A DNA stretch of 64,000 nucleotides from Amoebophrya sp. A120 (Eukaryota; Protista; Dinoflagellata), in the NCBI GenBank assembly GCA_905178155.1, contig CAJINV010000010.1, forward strand, positions 2,534,466 to 2,598,465, read 5' to 3'. Of the stretch, positions 13,760-27,300 are shown piece by piece. Every line of letters begins with the position of its first letter. The stretch's first letter is position 1. The notes under the pieces were generated by a model. The model saw only the letters and a program-made list of their open reading frames with translations. It made no database searches and was not told the origin of the DNA. Position numbers and translations under genes: made by a program.

Positions 13760-13969
13760 TATCACGAGAAAAAAGTGTTACAGTTACACATTGTGTTGCA
13801 GGCCAAGCAAGACAGACAAGCTCTGTCATGCCAGATATGCGTAGGAGCCTCGTTTCACAGGTGTTTTCCCGTAGGATATCTGCATTACAAGTCTTCTCTC
13901 TCATGCAGAGAAATTTGTGTTGCTGAATTCACTACAAATGTGTAACTGTAACACTTTTTTCGTGGGATA
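13760..13969. mobile_element. Introner family G (first of tandem pair)
   Basis: TIR; DR cggag/cggag. Confidence 0.85.
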
Positions 13970-13974
13970 CGGAG

Positions 13975-14188
13975 TACCACGAGAAAAAAGTGTTACAGTT
14001 ACACATCTGTTGGAGTTTGTGCATCACAAATTTATTTCTCTGTGTGGCAGAGAAAACTTGTAATGCGAAGATCATAAGGGGAAACAGGAAGGAAACGAGG
14101 CTCCCAAGCATTTCCTGCATCAGAAAGGTTGTCTCTGTTGCCGGTGTTGCAACACAATGTGTAACTGTAACGCTTTTTTCCTGTGATA
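13975..14188. mobile_element. Introner family G (second of pair, opposite orientation)
   Basis: TIR; DR cggag/cggag. Confidence 0.85.
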
Positions 14189-14228
14189 CGGAGGTGGTGC
14201 AGGAGGTGTTCAATCTCGGGAATTCCGA

Positions 14229-14428
14229 TATTGTGAGGAAAAATCTCCCCTGCCCATATCGAAAAGGAAATTTGGGATGCTGATTTGTGGCCACTAATCA
14301 GCTTTGTCTTGTTCGCTACAAGGCAAACGGCACCCATGTGCTGGCGCATTGTGCAATGAGTCTGTGGTGCGTTATTTTCGCATACGTCAGACTTGTTGCT
14401 CATGCGCAGCTGGTGCTAGCCGGATGCG
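14229..14428. mobile_element. Truncated introner family B
   Basis: Aligns with the first part of 26217-26552, then stops; no right TIR. Confidence 0.7.
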
Positions 14429-15352
14429 TTTTTTTCCAGTCGGCTTAGAATAAGTGTGACGCACGACCCTTTGGACCAGTAGAGGATCCCCTCTCGACGT
14501 GCTGGTCCTGGGCACGTCGAGAACGACTCTTCTCGACGTGCTGACTTCGAGGTGATCGGCTGGTCCTGGGCACGTGATCTGAATGCGGACGCCGACGAAC
14601 CATCATCATCGACAATTTCGCTCTCTTCCTCTTCATCTGAAGTCGAAAATTCACCAAGATCAAGATAGGGGATCGTTGTTCTTACTTCGCGTTCTGCGCA
14701 AGAGCAGAATGTGCCACGGTGCTCCTGCGCAAGCGCAGGAGAGATAAACAGATCTAGATTTGCATACAACCTGATGGTCGTGCAACAGGTTCTTCGATGT
14801 TGACGACCTTTTTCTTTATACAGGTTCACCGTCTTACTCCTACAAGAGTGATAGGTACCTCCAAGATCCATCTCATGCTCGCGATTTTTGGTTCGAAAAG
14901 TTTTGTTTGCAGCTTTGGAACATCAACAATGAATTAATTACTGTGATAGTTGGTGGCCCTGGCCGCGCGACTAGTCTTCACACTTTTCCGCTTGTAGTTA
15001 TAGCGGTCTGGAGCAGATCTTACTAACTCAATTTTGATGACAGCTGGTGCGCATCAAGCACTGCAGCCGCAGCTTTTTTTTTGTCCTTTGCCTTTCAGAG
15101 TCACGATTATTTTCTTTTTTTGTGCAGGCGACCTAATTACCCCTTTTTTTGTGTTGACTCAAGCTACTTCTTACCACACCAGAACTAGGCACGGAGTAAG
15201 TAAGTAGTTTTGTCGTCTTCTGTCAACATCTCCTTGATGATTACAACGACGACCGTAGAAGTCGGGCCTAGAGTAGTCGTACTAGCGACAAGGACAACAG
15301 GTCATAATTCTTTATCCATTTCCAAGAAATTATAGACGATTAAAGAAGAAAG

Positions 15353-18300
15353 ATGGAGGAAGGGTTCGACTTTTTGACTTCCTGGGCCGAGGAAGTCCAC
15401 GACCAGCAATGCAATGACCCGTCCACGCTGAAAAAGCCCTGGGACAGCAATCTCGTCCGCGTTTCCCACGAGTTTCACCGGTTTCCGCCAGATGTGTCCA
15501 TCGGCGGCATCTACAACAACGGATTCGCGACCAGTTCGCAGACGCACGGACAGCTGGCGAGCACGATTGCGAAAAACCACCGGTATGGGATTTTCGGGCA
15601 CACGAGGACGGCCTGGATGACGGACGACCACATCCTGTACTTGTGGAACTACGCCCGCATGACATCAAGTTCATCCTCCAGCTCCTCGTCTTCCAGTGCC
15701 ATAGTCCCCATGCTCCTGAACAACCACGCCCCGCCGGCGACGTCGTCAAATGGCGCTGCCTTGCCGAATGGAACAACCTCCCGACCGGGGGCTTTATTCG
15801 CGCCCAACGGCAGCGGCGCCCGTGGTGTCGTTGGGGGGCAGCCGCAAGAAATGTATGCGACGTCGGACCCGGTGCTGGGGACGGTGAACATCGTGCCGGC
15901 GGATTCCATCATTTTGTCCGTCGCGATGGTGCAGCCGAGAGAAAACGCCTTTGGGAACAGAATACACTTTCTGATCGTGGTGGTCACGCAGCAGAACGTG
16001 CATCTGTTGGGCGTTGTGATCAGGGACAGCAGGCTGCACACGGTCAACCTCCCGGGCTACAGCTGGTACTTGTGAAGGAGTTTGTTGTATTTCTTCTGCT
16101 GCAGTAGAACTACCACTACATAGAACTGCTAGGAGGTTCTTGATATTGCTATCAATTTTTCGTGCTTGTATAAAATCCACCTCTTGCAGCTCGTCAAGAA
16201 CGTCAGTCTTTTCGTTTTCCGCACAGCTGCTCGCTTGCCTGCGATTGATGCTCCGCTCGGAACGTGATCTGCAACATGCATGCGAAAACTTTATTATTTC
16301 ATGCTTCTGACTCTGAGTTCTGACTGTAGGAAAACGAAAATCAAAATGATAATGAAAATCTAAATCTAAAACCAAATCTCGCATGACAGTTCTACCAACG
16401 GGCACCCCTTTTCGGCGGTCCACAGTACCGAGGACGGGCGGATTTTGCTGTCCAGTCTGCGCTACATTTACGAGCTATCAAATGCAAAAATGTCTGGGTC
16501 TGGAAACTTGTAATGCTAAAAATGAATGATAGACGCACCGAAATACGCAGCTATGCATGACAAATTTCTTGGCTGCCATGTCTTACGGATTGCGCATAGA
16601 AAACTGCGTTTTTGCATGACAGGTAAGAGGGCTTTTTCGTGCCTATGCAACACAGATTCCCGAGTCATGCCAGACAGGCACGACAAACTTGCATTCTTCC
16701 AGACCCAGACATTTTTACATTTGATACGAGCTGGAGTACGACAACGTATCAAAAAGAAAAATCCCGCCTCCCCATATCGAAAAGGAGATTTGTGATGCTG
16801 ATTTGTGACCACAAGTCGACTTGTATTGCTAGAAGGCCAAAAGACGCAGCTGTTCCTTCGTTTGCATGCAATTTGTCATGCTGTTTCCCGTTTCCAGTTG
16901 CTTCCTGTCATGCTGAAGACGCAAAGCTTTCCCACGCCAGCCAGCACTAAAATTTGCATCTCTTCCCGTCTAGCATGACAACGCGATTTGTGATCACAAA
17001 TCATGCTAGACAAATCTTTCTTTGAGTATGGGGTGGAGGGATTTTTCCTTTCGATACAATGACGCCAACGTTTCAATGCAGAACTACTCTGCCACGGCCT
17101 CCTCCCTGCTGTCGTCTGCCGCGAGCTCCTATGAAATGCAAAAATGTCTGGGTCTGGAAGAATGCAACTTGTGATGCTGTATTTGGATTCCAAAAAAATC
17201 GGTATTGCGTGTTGAGTGGCAAACGGAATGCAATTTTTGCTACGCTGAGAAGGCATTTGTCATGCGGAATAGGCATCAAGAAGCCCTCAAAAAATCTGTA
17301 CTGCTAGGGTATGCATCACAGACATCATGGCTCATGCAAAACGTGCATGACAAGTGTCAGAATCTTCCAGAACCAGACATTTTTACAGTTGATAGCTCCT
17401 TGCTCGGTTCGGCGTTCGGGGGCTCAAGTTCGTTTTGCCGGCTAAACTGCATCACCGGTGGCGTTTTCAGCAACTTTCTGTTCAACCGGTCGAGCAAAGC
17501 GACGATAAAACAGTTTGCGGTCGCGCAAGCAAACTTCTTCGTCACAGTAGACGAGGACCAAGTGCTGACCGTCTACGGCTGCGGGAACGAGCAGGACGAC
17601 AGTAGTGCGACACCCAGCATGCCAGCAAATGGCGACAGGCCGATCTCCGCAGCGCAGTCACTGGCCGGCCAACAAACCACAAGCAGGACGAACCCGTGGT
17701 CTCGGAAGGAGCAGTGGACCTTGCTGGATCTGGAAAACCAGCTGCAACGGAAGATGCAGTTCCACGCGCTTCAATCGCGGGAGTTTATCCAGTTGCATGT
17801 GTCCAACAGCAGTTCGAGTAACGGAGTTCTACACATTTTCCTGCTCACCAGCGCCTACGAAAGGATACATCTGCGATACGTGACGCACGCATTTTTACAC
17901 GGATCATTCGGGTCCGCGTCCTCATTGGGTCTCGGCGGAGCCGGACCGTTGGCAGGCCGCGGATTGGAACTCTTGCAGTATTCAACGCTGAATCCACAAG
18001 CGTCCTTCCCGAGGGGGTATGACGGACCGCCAGGTATTTTTATATAAACACTTAATTTGAATTTATTTTTCACTTGTTTTTGTTTGATGATAATACAACA
18101 AAGACGCGGGTGACGGAAGATGTGGTCGTGGTCCGCAACATCGAACTAGAAATTATTCAAAAGTGCAAAAATAATCGTCGATGATATTACAGGCTTCGAT
18201 ATGCAATGTAAATTTCCCGTGCATGTACAAAATGCATGACAAATTTCACTAACTTGCAGTGTCCAGCAACCTGTCATGCTAGACTAGGACTGAAGACAAG

Positions 18301-21300
18301 TTTTCTCATGCAGAGACTGCATTTGTACGCGTACGGGAAATTTACTGTGGATATTCGACCGTGGCCTGGATCAAGCGACAATGAAGCGACAGCCCGGCCT
18401 GGGCGCCATGTCGGCGGTATCCCACAGAAAAAAGCGGGCAGGTCAGATTTGTAATGCAAAAATAAATACACAGGAAAATCAAAATCTGTCATGGGCGAGG
18501 CCATAGCATGCTGTTGAGGGCATGCAATACAATTTTTTTTATCTATTTATTTTTGCATTACAAATATGACCTGCCAGCTTTTTTCTGCGTGATAGGCGGG
18601 CAGAAGTCTCCCCGGCGTGTACCGGAACGGCATTTTATCCAGCACAATTAACTATGTCTGGCGTTCTGGGAGGGTGATGACTGATTTGTCATGCACCTTG
18701 TTTTGCTGGTAACCAGCTAAAAAAAATCATGTGGTTCTGAATGCACAGGATAGCATCACAGGTTCTTTTATGCAGGCCTCGAGAAATAAGCGCCAATTCT
18801 TTTGAATGAGAAATAGCTCGCTGTTCAGGTGACAGCTGCCCACGCAAGACTGACACAGTCAGCATGACAAGTTTTTGTATTCTTCCAGAAAAGTACCAGA
18901 CACGTGGTTCGCATTTCATACGTTTGGGCACTGTGCAACCAGGACGGCGAAGTCTGCGTACTGCATTTTGTGTTTTTTTATCATGCGAAGTCGGTTGAAG
19001 GTTTTTTCTTGTCATGCAGAAAGGATACCTAGACCACCTACATCGTATTCTGTAAATTGCATAGCCCTGGTTTTTTTTTGTCATGCGCCGATGTGTCGAA
19101 GTAGTAGTAGTGTTGATGCCAGTTAACGATTTTACGACTGTGTTCAACAGTAAATTGATATTTATTAGTTTTTTTACCTTCCCCCGGATCCTAATTCAAC
19201 AGTTCTCCGTTCGTGTGCAGACTGCCACCGCAATCGGGGAGCGCGAAGAGGAAATTGTAGGCAACCAGAAGTACAGTAACACCTACAACCTGTTGCAGCA
19301 AACCAGAGATTATAATGGCAGCACCACAAGCAGCACGGGCCAGTTGCCCCCGGGCACGCAGCAATTTTCCTCCCCCATCGGCGTCGAAACCGGCATAACC
19401 ATCGTAGAAGAAGGCGGGCTGGAGTTCCACAAAACGTGGGACGGGACCGAGATCCCCTTTATGAAGACCGAGCGAGAGGGCGATCTGGGCCTGTTCCGCC
19501 CCACCAGGACCTTCGCGCTGATGACGAACAAGGGAATATATGTACAGCTTTACTTAATACTGTATTCACTTGCTGGTAATTTTCATCTTTTTCATCATGC
19601 CGACTGTGTGTCTGAATCTGAAGTGCTGCATGTTTTATTTGTGCACATACATAGATACCACAGACCACGAGCGGAAATAGAATATACCAAACTGAAAATA
19701 CTCACTCCACAAGGTCCTTTCCCTGACGTATTCGCAACGCGAGGCTTCCCGGAACATACCGCCCCAGACTGCTCGCGAGTGTTGCCAGTGCTTGGCCAAC
19801 GGGGAGCAAACGAAGTGGCAGTGGCGCATGGACGACTTGGATTTCACGGAGGACGGACTTCTTGTGAACAACGGCAAATGGCTGGACGGGCTCGGTTTGT
19901 TCCTGTCCTCTTGCATCGGCGAGACCAACCTGTGGCGGCGGCAGATGGTTCAGTTGGTGGACCAAGACACGGGGTTTCCGCCCGCGAAGGTAAAAAACCA
20001 AATCATTTATTCCACCTCCGGGAGGACCAGTGGCTCCTCGTCGTCCTCAAGTAGTACGACTAGCCGACTAAAAATGAACCCCTTCGCGAGCCGAAACGCG
20101 TACTACCGCGTCGGGCTGTCGACGCACCAGGACCAAACGAAAGAGTTGATCACAAGGCTGACGTATGCATCGCAAATATGTCTGGGTCTGGAAGGATCCA
20201 AACTTGTCATGCTATCTTTGGATTCTCAAAGAATCTGTAGTGTATTGCTATGACCAGCAAGAGGAGCAGCCCAGATTGTGCAAAACGCGGAGAGGGCACT
20301 TGTCATGCGGAATAGGCACCATCCGGAAGCCTACTTCCAAAAATCTGTGATGCTAAGTCATGCACTATAGGCATCGTGCGTCTTGCAAAATATGCATGAC
20401 AATCTTCCAGACCCAGACATATTTGCAGTTGATATGACGCACGCGCTCCAGTTCGCCAAACAGGGGATCGTGCGGTGCATATCGTGAGGAAAAATCCCCC
20501 CTCCCCATATCGAAACAAAGTTTCTGATGCTGGATTTGCGTACACAAATCAGATTTGTCTTGCAGAAAGTGCTTGGCTGCATTTTCTGAGCCTGTTTGGG
20601 TATGCAGAAGCCTAGCAATTGCGCATGGCAAACAGGTTCGCAGTAGTCGAAAGCGCATGACAGACTTGCTCTGGAATGCGTAAAATGGCTACTATGACCC
20701 TATAAATATGCAAGACAAAGACGATTTGTGACCACAAATCAGCATCACAAATTTCCGTTTTGATATGGCGAGGGTGGATTTTTCATTTTGATAGTGCAGG
20801 CAGGCCGTGACCAGCGGGATGGCAGTGGACCAAGGCACTGGCAGTATAGAAGTAGACCAGGCGAGCGCGAACGGCACGGGTTCGGATATGAACTGCAAAA
20901 GTATCGTACTGGTATGAATTGCAATACAAGAAATCATCTCAGCATTACAAATTAAATTTGTAATGCGGATTTACCTTAACAGCCTAGATTTGTAATGCAT
21001 GACTGCAGTTAGTACGAGTCCGATACTTTTGCACTGCATATCGGACGTTCCGATGCAGCGGGAGCGGGATTTCTCGGTCGATCCCCTGGATGAGGAATTG
21101 ATGTTCCAAGAACATGTGTTCATGCAGAGCTCTATCACACAGAAAAAAACTGGCAGGTCATATTTGTAATGCGAAAATAAATAGACAAAGAAAAACTGTA
21201 TTGCATATCCTAAATAGCATGCTATGAGGCCGCCCATGACAGATTTTTCTGTGTATTTATTTTTGCATTACAGACATGCCCTGCCAGCTTCTTTCTGTGG

Positions 21301-24300
21301 GATAAACTCCGACTACAATCCGATAACCCCACCGGGGGTGGATCCGATGACCACCTACGCGACCACGCTGGACGCGCCGACCATCAAGGCGGAAATCGGA
21401 TACGATGGGCAGTACCAGTACAATTGCGTGAACGAATATGCAAGAAAAATAAAACTGTGTAAGTGTAAGTTTGTGAAGCGGAAAATGCAAAACCGTTTAC
21501 ACTTGTCATGCCGGAAGTGCGTCATAGCCACACTTCGTGCGTGTTTTTACGTACTAGCTGCGCATGACAGGTTTTTTATGTTAAATGCGATCTACGAATT
21601 ATTGGTGATGGTACTTACTCATCCTACACAGTCACACTTACACAGTTTTTTTCTTGGATAAAGAAAACAGCAGTTTCAACCGGCGAAAGGAGAAAACTGC
21701 GTTCCGCAACAGCTACTACAGCTCGAAGCTGAAACTGCAGTACTTCTTTCACACACAGTATGGATGTGTCAGGATCGAAATCGACAAAATCGAAAAATTT
21801 GTGATGCGTAAAGTGTAGGGCGCTGAAGGCCTGTATTGCGGAGCAGGCACATGAGACCGATCGTAAGCCTGGCTAGGGGTATGCAACGTGCTGCCAGAGT
21901 AGCATGACAGGAGCAGTCTTCTTTGCCTGAACCGCATGACAAACTGGATTTAGGTACCGCCAAAATTTGTCATGCGACACTTGAAAACTGGGCTCCAACT
22001 GCTAATCGATTTTATGCATCACAAATTTTTCGATTTTGTCGATTTCGATCCTGACATTCCCATACGCAGAACTACCGAAGGGTGCAGTCTGTCCTGGTAA
22101 CTGCGGACCGGACTCTCGAACTGCTTCGTTTTTTCAGCTACGTCAACGAGCACCCGACCTTGCTGAATTGTCTGGACAATGTTCTTATCAAATGTAAAAA
22201 TGTCTGGGTCTGGAAGAATGCAACTTGTGATGCTAACTTTGGATTCTAAAATTTTTTGTATTGCATGACCAGCAAGAGGTGCCTAGTTTGTGCTACGCGG
22301 GGAGGGCATTTGTCATGCGGGATAGGCATCAGGAAGGCCTCTAGAAATATGTGATGCTAGATCATGCATTACAGACATCAAGAGTCATGCAAAATATGCA
22401 TGGCAAACCTGGCAACCTTCCAGACCCAGACATTTTTACATTTGATAGTTCTGAGCAATGAGAACGTCCGGAATTTTCACCGAAGTAAAAATCCTGGCGC
22501 GATGAATTCTTCCTCCATGGTGGAGGCGGGCAGAACCGTGGCAAGCAAGAAAGCAACGCGTTTCTATTATTGCGAGGAAAAATCCCCCCTCCCCATATCA
22601 AAACGGAAATCTGTGATGCAGATTTGTGGCCACGAATCAGCTTTGTGATGCTAGAAGGCAAAAGATGCGGACTGTAGTGCTGTCTAGCGTGGAAAAGCCT
22701 TGCAGCTCCAGGATGACAGGAGGCAGCTGGAAGTGGGAAACAGCATGACAGACCACCTGCAATTTAGGCCGCAGCTTCGTCTCTTGGCCTTCTAGCAATA
22801 CAAGTCGATTTGTGTACTCAAATACAGCATCACAAATTCGCGCATCTTCCGTTTTCGATATGGGGAGGGGGGATTTTTCCTTTTGATATCTATCCCTCGG
22901 CGTCGTCCTCGTCTTCGTCATCCTCTGATTACAATGGCGAGAACAATAAATCCCGGTTCCAGCAGCTGTTCGAGTTTCTGACCTCGAAGAACCGGAAGCC
23001 CCACTACCAGTTGGAAGTGGATTTTGTCCTGGAGAATTTGGTACTCGACCCGCAACCCGTGCTGATCTGGATGAGCTACATCATCGTCTACTACCCGCGA
23101 CAGTGCGCCGACCTGGCGAAACAAGTCCCGAAACTGTTCTCCATGGTGGACTGGCAGTCGCCGGGTGTGAGCGAAGCCTGGGCGGCTAGTCGCAAGGTGC
23201 CGTTGCCTGGTGCCGGTGGTGGGAGCAGCCCCGCCAACGGAATGGAAGTGGACTCAAGTACACATACATAGATACAAGAGTTCTTTGTTTCGTGTTTTAT
23301 TCATCTCTGGTGGCGGGTGCTTGTTGAGGCGGTTCTTGTATGTAGGGTCTAGTGCCTCTACTGGTCGACGTGCCAGTTGTATAATCATAGCAGGTCTTTC
23401 TACTTCATCATGAGTTGTGAAGATCATTCTGTTTGTTCCATGGCAGGAGCGGTCCTCCTCCTCCTCCCCCGAGGAGCCTGTTTGCATATTACCAACCTCA
23501 TACTAGTACTTTTCGCACACGACAGGTCCTATTAACAACACGAGCAGGAGAACGACCGATTTTGCCCACCGACATCAAGCAGGCAGAACGTCCGCACAGC
23601 AACAGTTGCTGGACTCCAACCAGGTATCGAATGCAAATATCCCTGGATCATGTCCGGAAGGCTGCAAGGTTTGTCATGCTAGCCTGGCATGACTCTGAGC
23701 GCTGTATTGCGTAGGGCCATCGATGAAACAGCCTTTCATCCCGTCTGGCATGCAAAAACGCAGAAGTTTCTCATGCACAATAGGCAGCACAGAAGCACGA
23801 AAAATCTTGTCATGCTTGGCGGTGCATTACAGTGCACTTATTCTCGACTGCCTTGCATTACAAGTTCTTTCCAGACATCATCCAGGGGTATTTGCAATGC
23901 ATACCAGGTTTTAGTAGCCAATTCCGCGGAGGAGAAAGAGGCAGAGTGGCTGGAGCAGGTGGAAATCGAGGGGCTTTGTCTATGCACTGGGAATACGTCT
24001 ACTTGGTCTGGAAACTTGCAAGAGTTCTTGTCATGCTGGTCTGGCATGACTCGGAACTCTGTATTGCGTGGCCGCGAAGACGAGCCACCCTTGCCTGTCA
24101 TGCAAAAACGCAGTTTCTCATGCGGAGTACGCAAGAACCCAGAGCCACGGAAAAACTTGTCATGCTGGGCAGCGCATTATCAGGGTGCTCATTCTTCCCT
24201 TCCTTGCATCACAAGTTCCAGAGGACCCAGACATATTTGCAATGCATAGTGTCGGTGGATCCACAATATCGACGTGGTGCACTGTTTATCCTGTGCAAAA

Positions 24301-27300
24301 GTATCGTACTCGTAGTAATCGCAAACATGCATTACAAATCTTGTTCCCAAGGCAAATCAGCATTACAAATTTCATTTCTCATGCTGAGGAAACTTGTGAT
24401 GCATTTATACGAGTACGATACTTTTGCACAGCATACTGTTCCAACGACATTTTGAAAACGCTCGCGGAGAACTTGAAACGAGTGACGAGCAGGTGCGGGG
24501 CAGTGCAGAGCTTGGACCTGGTTTTCGCCAATTGTTTAGTGGACCAAATCGGCAAGCTGGTGGACGCAGAAACCGGGTCGGTCTTTCTATCCCCAAAGCG
24601 AGCGAAGATGGACGGGAAGAGGATGCACGGCAATCCTACTGTATCCTATGTAAAAACACTCTCACCCCAGCGTCAAGCTAGGGATCTCGCAACACAAGTC
24701 GAGAAGTTTTGGGAGTCAAGCATGACAAGTTCCTCTCTGGATTGTAGTGCAGTTTAGCAAGAGCAGCCGTGGATCACGAAGCCGTCTACTCATCCTGTTC
24801 CTGTTTATAGCATTACAAAGTCCAAAACATCAAGATGGGAAATGCCTCTCATGGGGATGCGCATTACACATCTTCCTGTGACTGCAAATCTGCATGACAG
24901 CCATGGGGTGGGGACGTTTTTACATGGGATATACTGCGGGCAAGCTGAAAGACAGCTCCATGATGCTCCAGCGGGTGTATTTCTTGATGGACAGCTATCT
25001 CGCAGCCCTGCTTCCCGGGTCTGCGCCCGTAGCGGGTCCGAGTGTCGTGACGGCGCTTGCGATAGTACAGCAGCAGCAGCAGCAGCAGCAATATCAAAAT
25101 GCGAGCAACGCTGCGTCCTCGTTCAATGAGACGCTAATTGAGGAGCTTCTATCAAATGCAAAAGCGTCTGGGTCTGGAAGAGTGCAAAATTTCTCATGCA
25201 TATTTCTCATGTCCATGATGCCTGTGATGCTTGACCTAGCATCGCAGACTTTTAGAGGGCCTCCTGATGCACCTTCCGCATGAGAAACGCCCTGTCCGTG
25301 TAGCAAAAACTGCGCCCCTCTTGCTGGTCATGCAATACAAATTTTTTTGGAGTCCAGAAACAGCATGACAATCTTCCAGACCCAGACACTTTTGCAATTG
25401 ATAGCTTTGGACCAAGTGCAATTCGACTCTAATTTCTTCCTCGACTGTCGGGTCGTCGGGACCACAACAAGCTGCCTCCTCCTCCTCCTCGCGCGCGCAT
25501 CTTCTCCCGCAGCAAACGCAGCGGCAAATGCAGGACCAGCGGCGGGAGCAGCGACATCTTACCATCATTCGCTACTGCATCTACGACTTTTTGCTACAGG
25601 AGATCACGTCCATCGAGTTTTTGCTGAAGAAGTTCGCAACCCGAGCCACGGAGGAAATCTACCATTACCTGGAATCGAGATATCTGGACTACAAGGCCAA
25701 TGCACTAGACGTGGGGAGAATACGTAATGTCTTTGTTTTAGAAGATCAACATTCATTACTAGCAGGTCAGGTGCTGCTCTGGCATGTTTTGAACCCAGCA
25801 CTTTTGTTTGACGTCACACAGGAGCGGCACGTGAGGGAAAATAATGATTCTCAATCATGGAAATCATTGAAATCGAAATTCTGCAAATGGGAGTACTCGT
25901 CACGTAAGTAGTTGTACATTATAAAAAACCACTCCTACACCAGGTCCCCGCATGCTGCTGGAGTGTATGTGGCGTTACTACGAGCTGATTGGTGACCAGA
26001 AGGCGGCGAGTCAGTTGCTCCTCGAGTTGGCGATGTCGACGGGAAGTGCAGCTAGTGGGCCTCGTTCTCAGAGTGATTTTTCCAACGCACGAGGAACGTC
26101 AACAAGTGCAGGAGGTCTTCTACCGCCAGAAGACCCGTTTCACCTGAGTCTGTTCGAAAAACAGCAGTATTTGCTGAAGGCTGTGCAGATGGCAGACCAT
26201 AACTCCGGAGCGGCCGTATTGTGAGGAAAAATCTCCCCTCCAGCCCATATCGAAAAGAAAATTTGTGATGCTGATTTGTGACCACAAATCAGGTCTGTCT
26301 TGCGTAGAAGGCAACTACCGGCGCCCATGTGGCGCATTGTGCAGCGAGTCTGTCATACGTTTTTGCCTATGTCAGACTTGTTTCTCATGCTCAGCTGGTA
26401 GCCGGATGCATAGTACAACGCAAATGGGCTTATAATATGGCGCCAAGCTGCCCTTGCGGCAATACAAAGTTCATTTGTGATGTACACGAATCCAGCAACA
26501 CAAATCGTCTTTTGAATATGCTGGGGTCGTGGGGGCTTTTTTGACTTTGATAGGGCGCCGACCAACTTCTAGCCGCGAAATCGCGAAGTACAACAACCGT
26601 GCCGCAGTTGCACCCATATCAACTGTAAAAATGTCTGGGTCTGGAAGAATGCAACTTGTGATGCTGCGTTTCGATGACTAAAAAATTTGTGTTGCATGAG
26701 CAGCAAACAGAGTCTAATTTTTGCTACGCGGAGAGGGCATTTGTCATGCGGAATGGGCATTAAAAATACCTCAAAAAACCTGTGATGCTAGGGCATGCAT
26801 TACAGGCATCATGGGTCATGAGAAATATGCATGACAAATCTTGCATTCTTCCAGACCCAGACATTTTTACATTTGATAACCCAGAAGCTTTGGATGCGTT
26901 GCGGAGGCAACTTTGGTCGACGGAAGCCGTGCAAATGCCCCTGATCGATGAATTGGTTCGCTTGAATCCAAACTCCTATCAAATGCAAATATGTGGTCTG
27001 GGTCTGGAAGGATGCAAGGTTTGTCATGCACATTTTGCATGCGTCCTGATCGATCTGTGATGCATGCCCTGGCATCACAGATTTTGTGAGGGCTTTCTGA
27101 TGCCTACACCGCATGAGAAATGCCCTCCCCGTGTAGCACAAACTGGACTCCTCCTGCTGGTGATGCAATACAGATTTTTTTGGAATCCAAAGGCAGCATC
27201 ACAGGTTACCACCTTCCAGACCCAGACATATTTGCAATGCATAACTCCAGGCTGAACGCGAATCTGGCGTTCAACCAACCTTTCCAGCAGATGTTGAAGC

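Larger units (their letters stand above)
13411..14428 (+). pseudogene. Orphan introner-bearing gene fragment (..CGPLPTPMFENMRIPPEDEHVQYCTTDPEVVQEVFNLGNSD..)
   Basis: Frame is open across three complete introners and ends inside a truncated B element; bounded by copies of a 30-bp repeat. Confidence 0.4.
12801..14495. repeat. Three copies of a 30-bp direct repeat accctttggaccagtagaggatcccctctc
   Basis: Copies at 12801-12830, 13380-13409 and 14466-14495. Confidence 0.85.
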
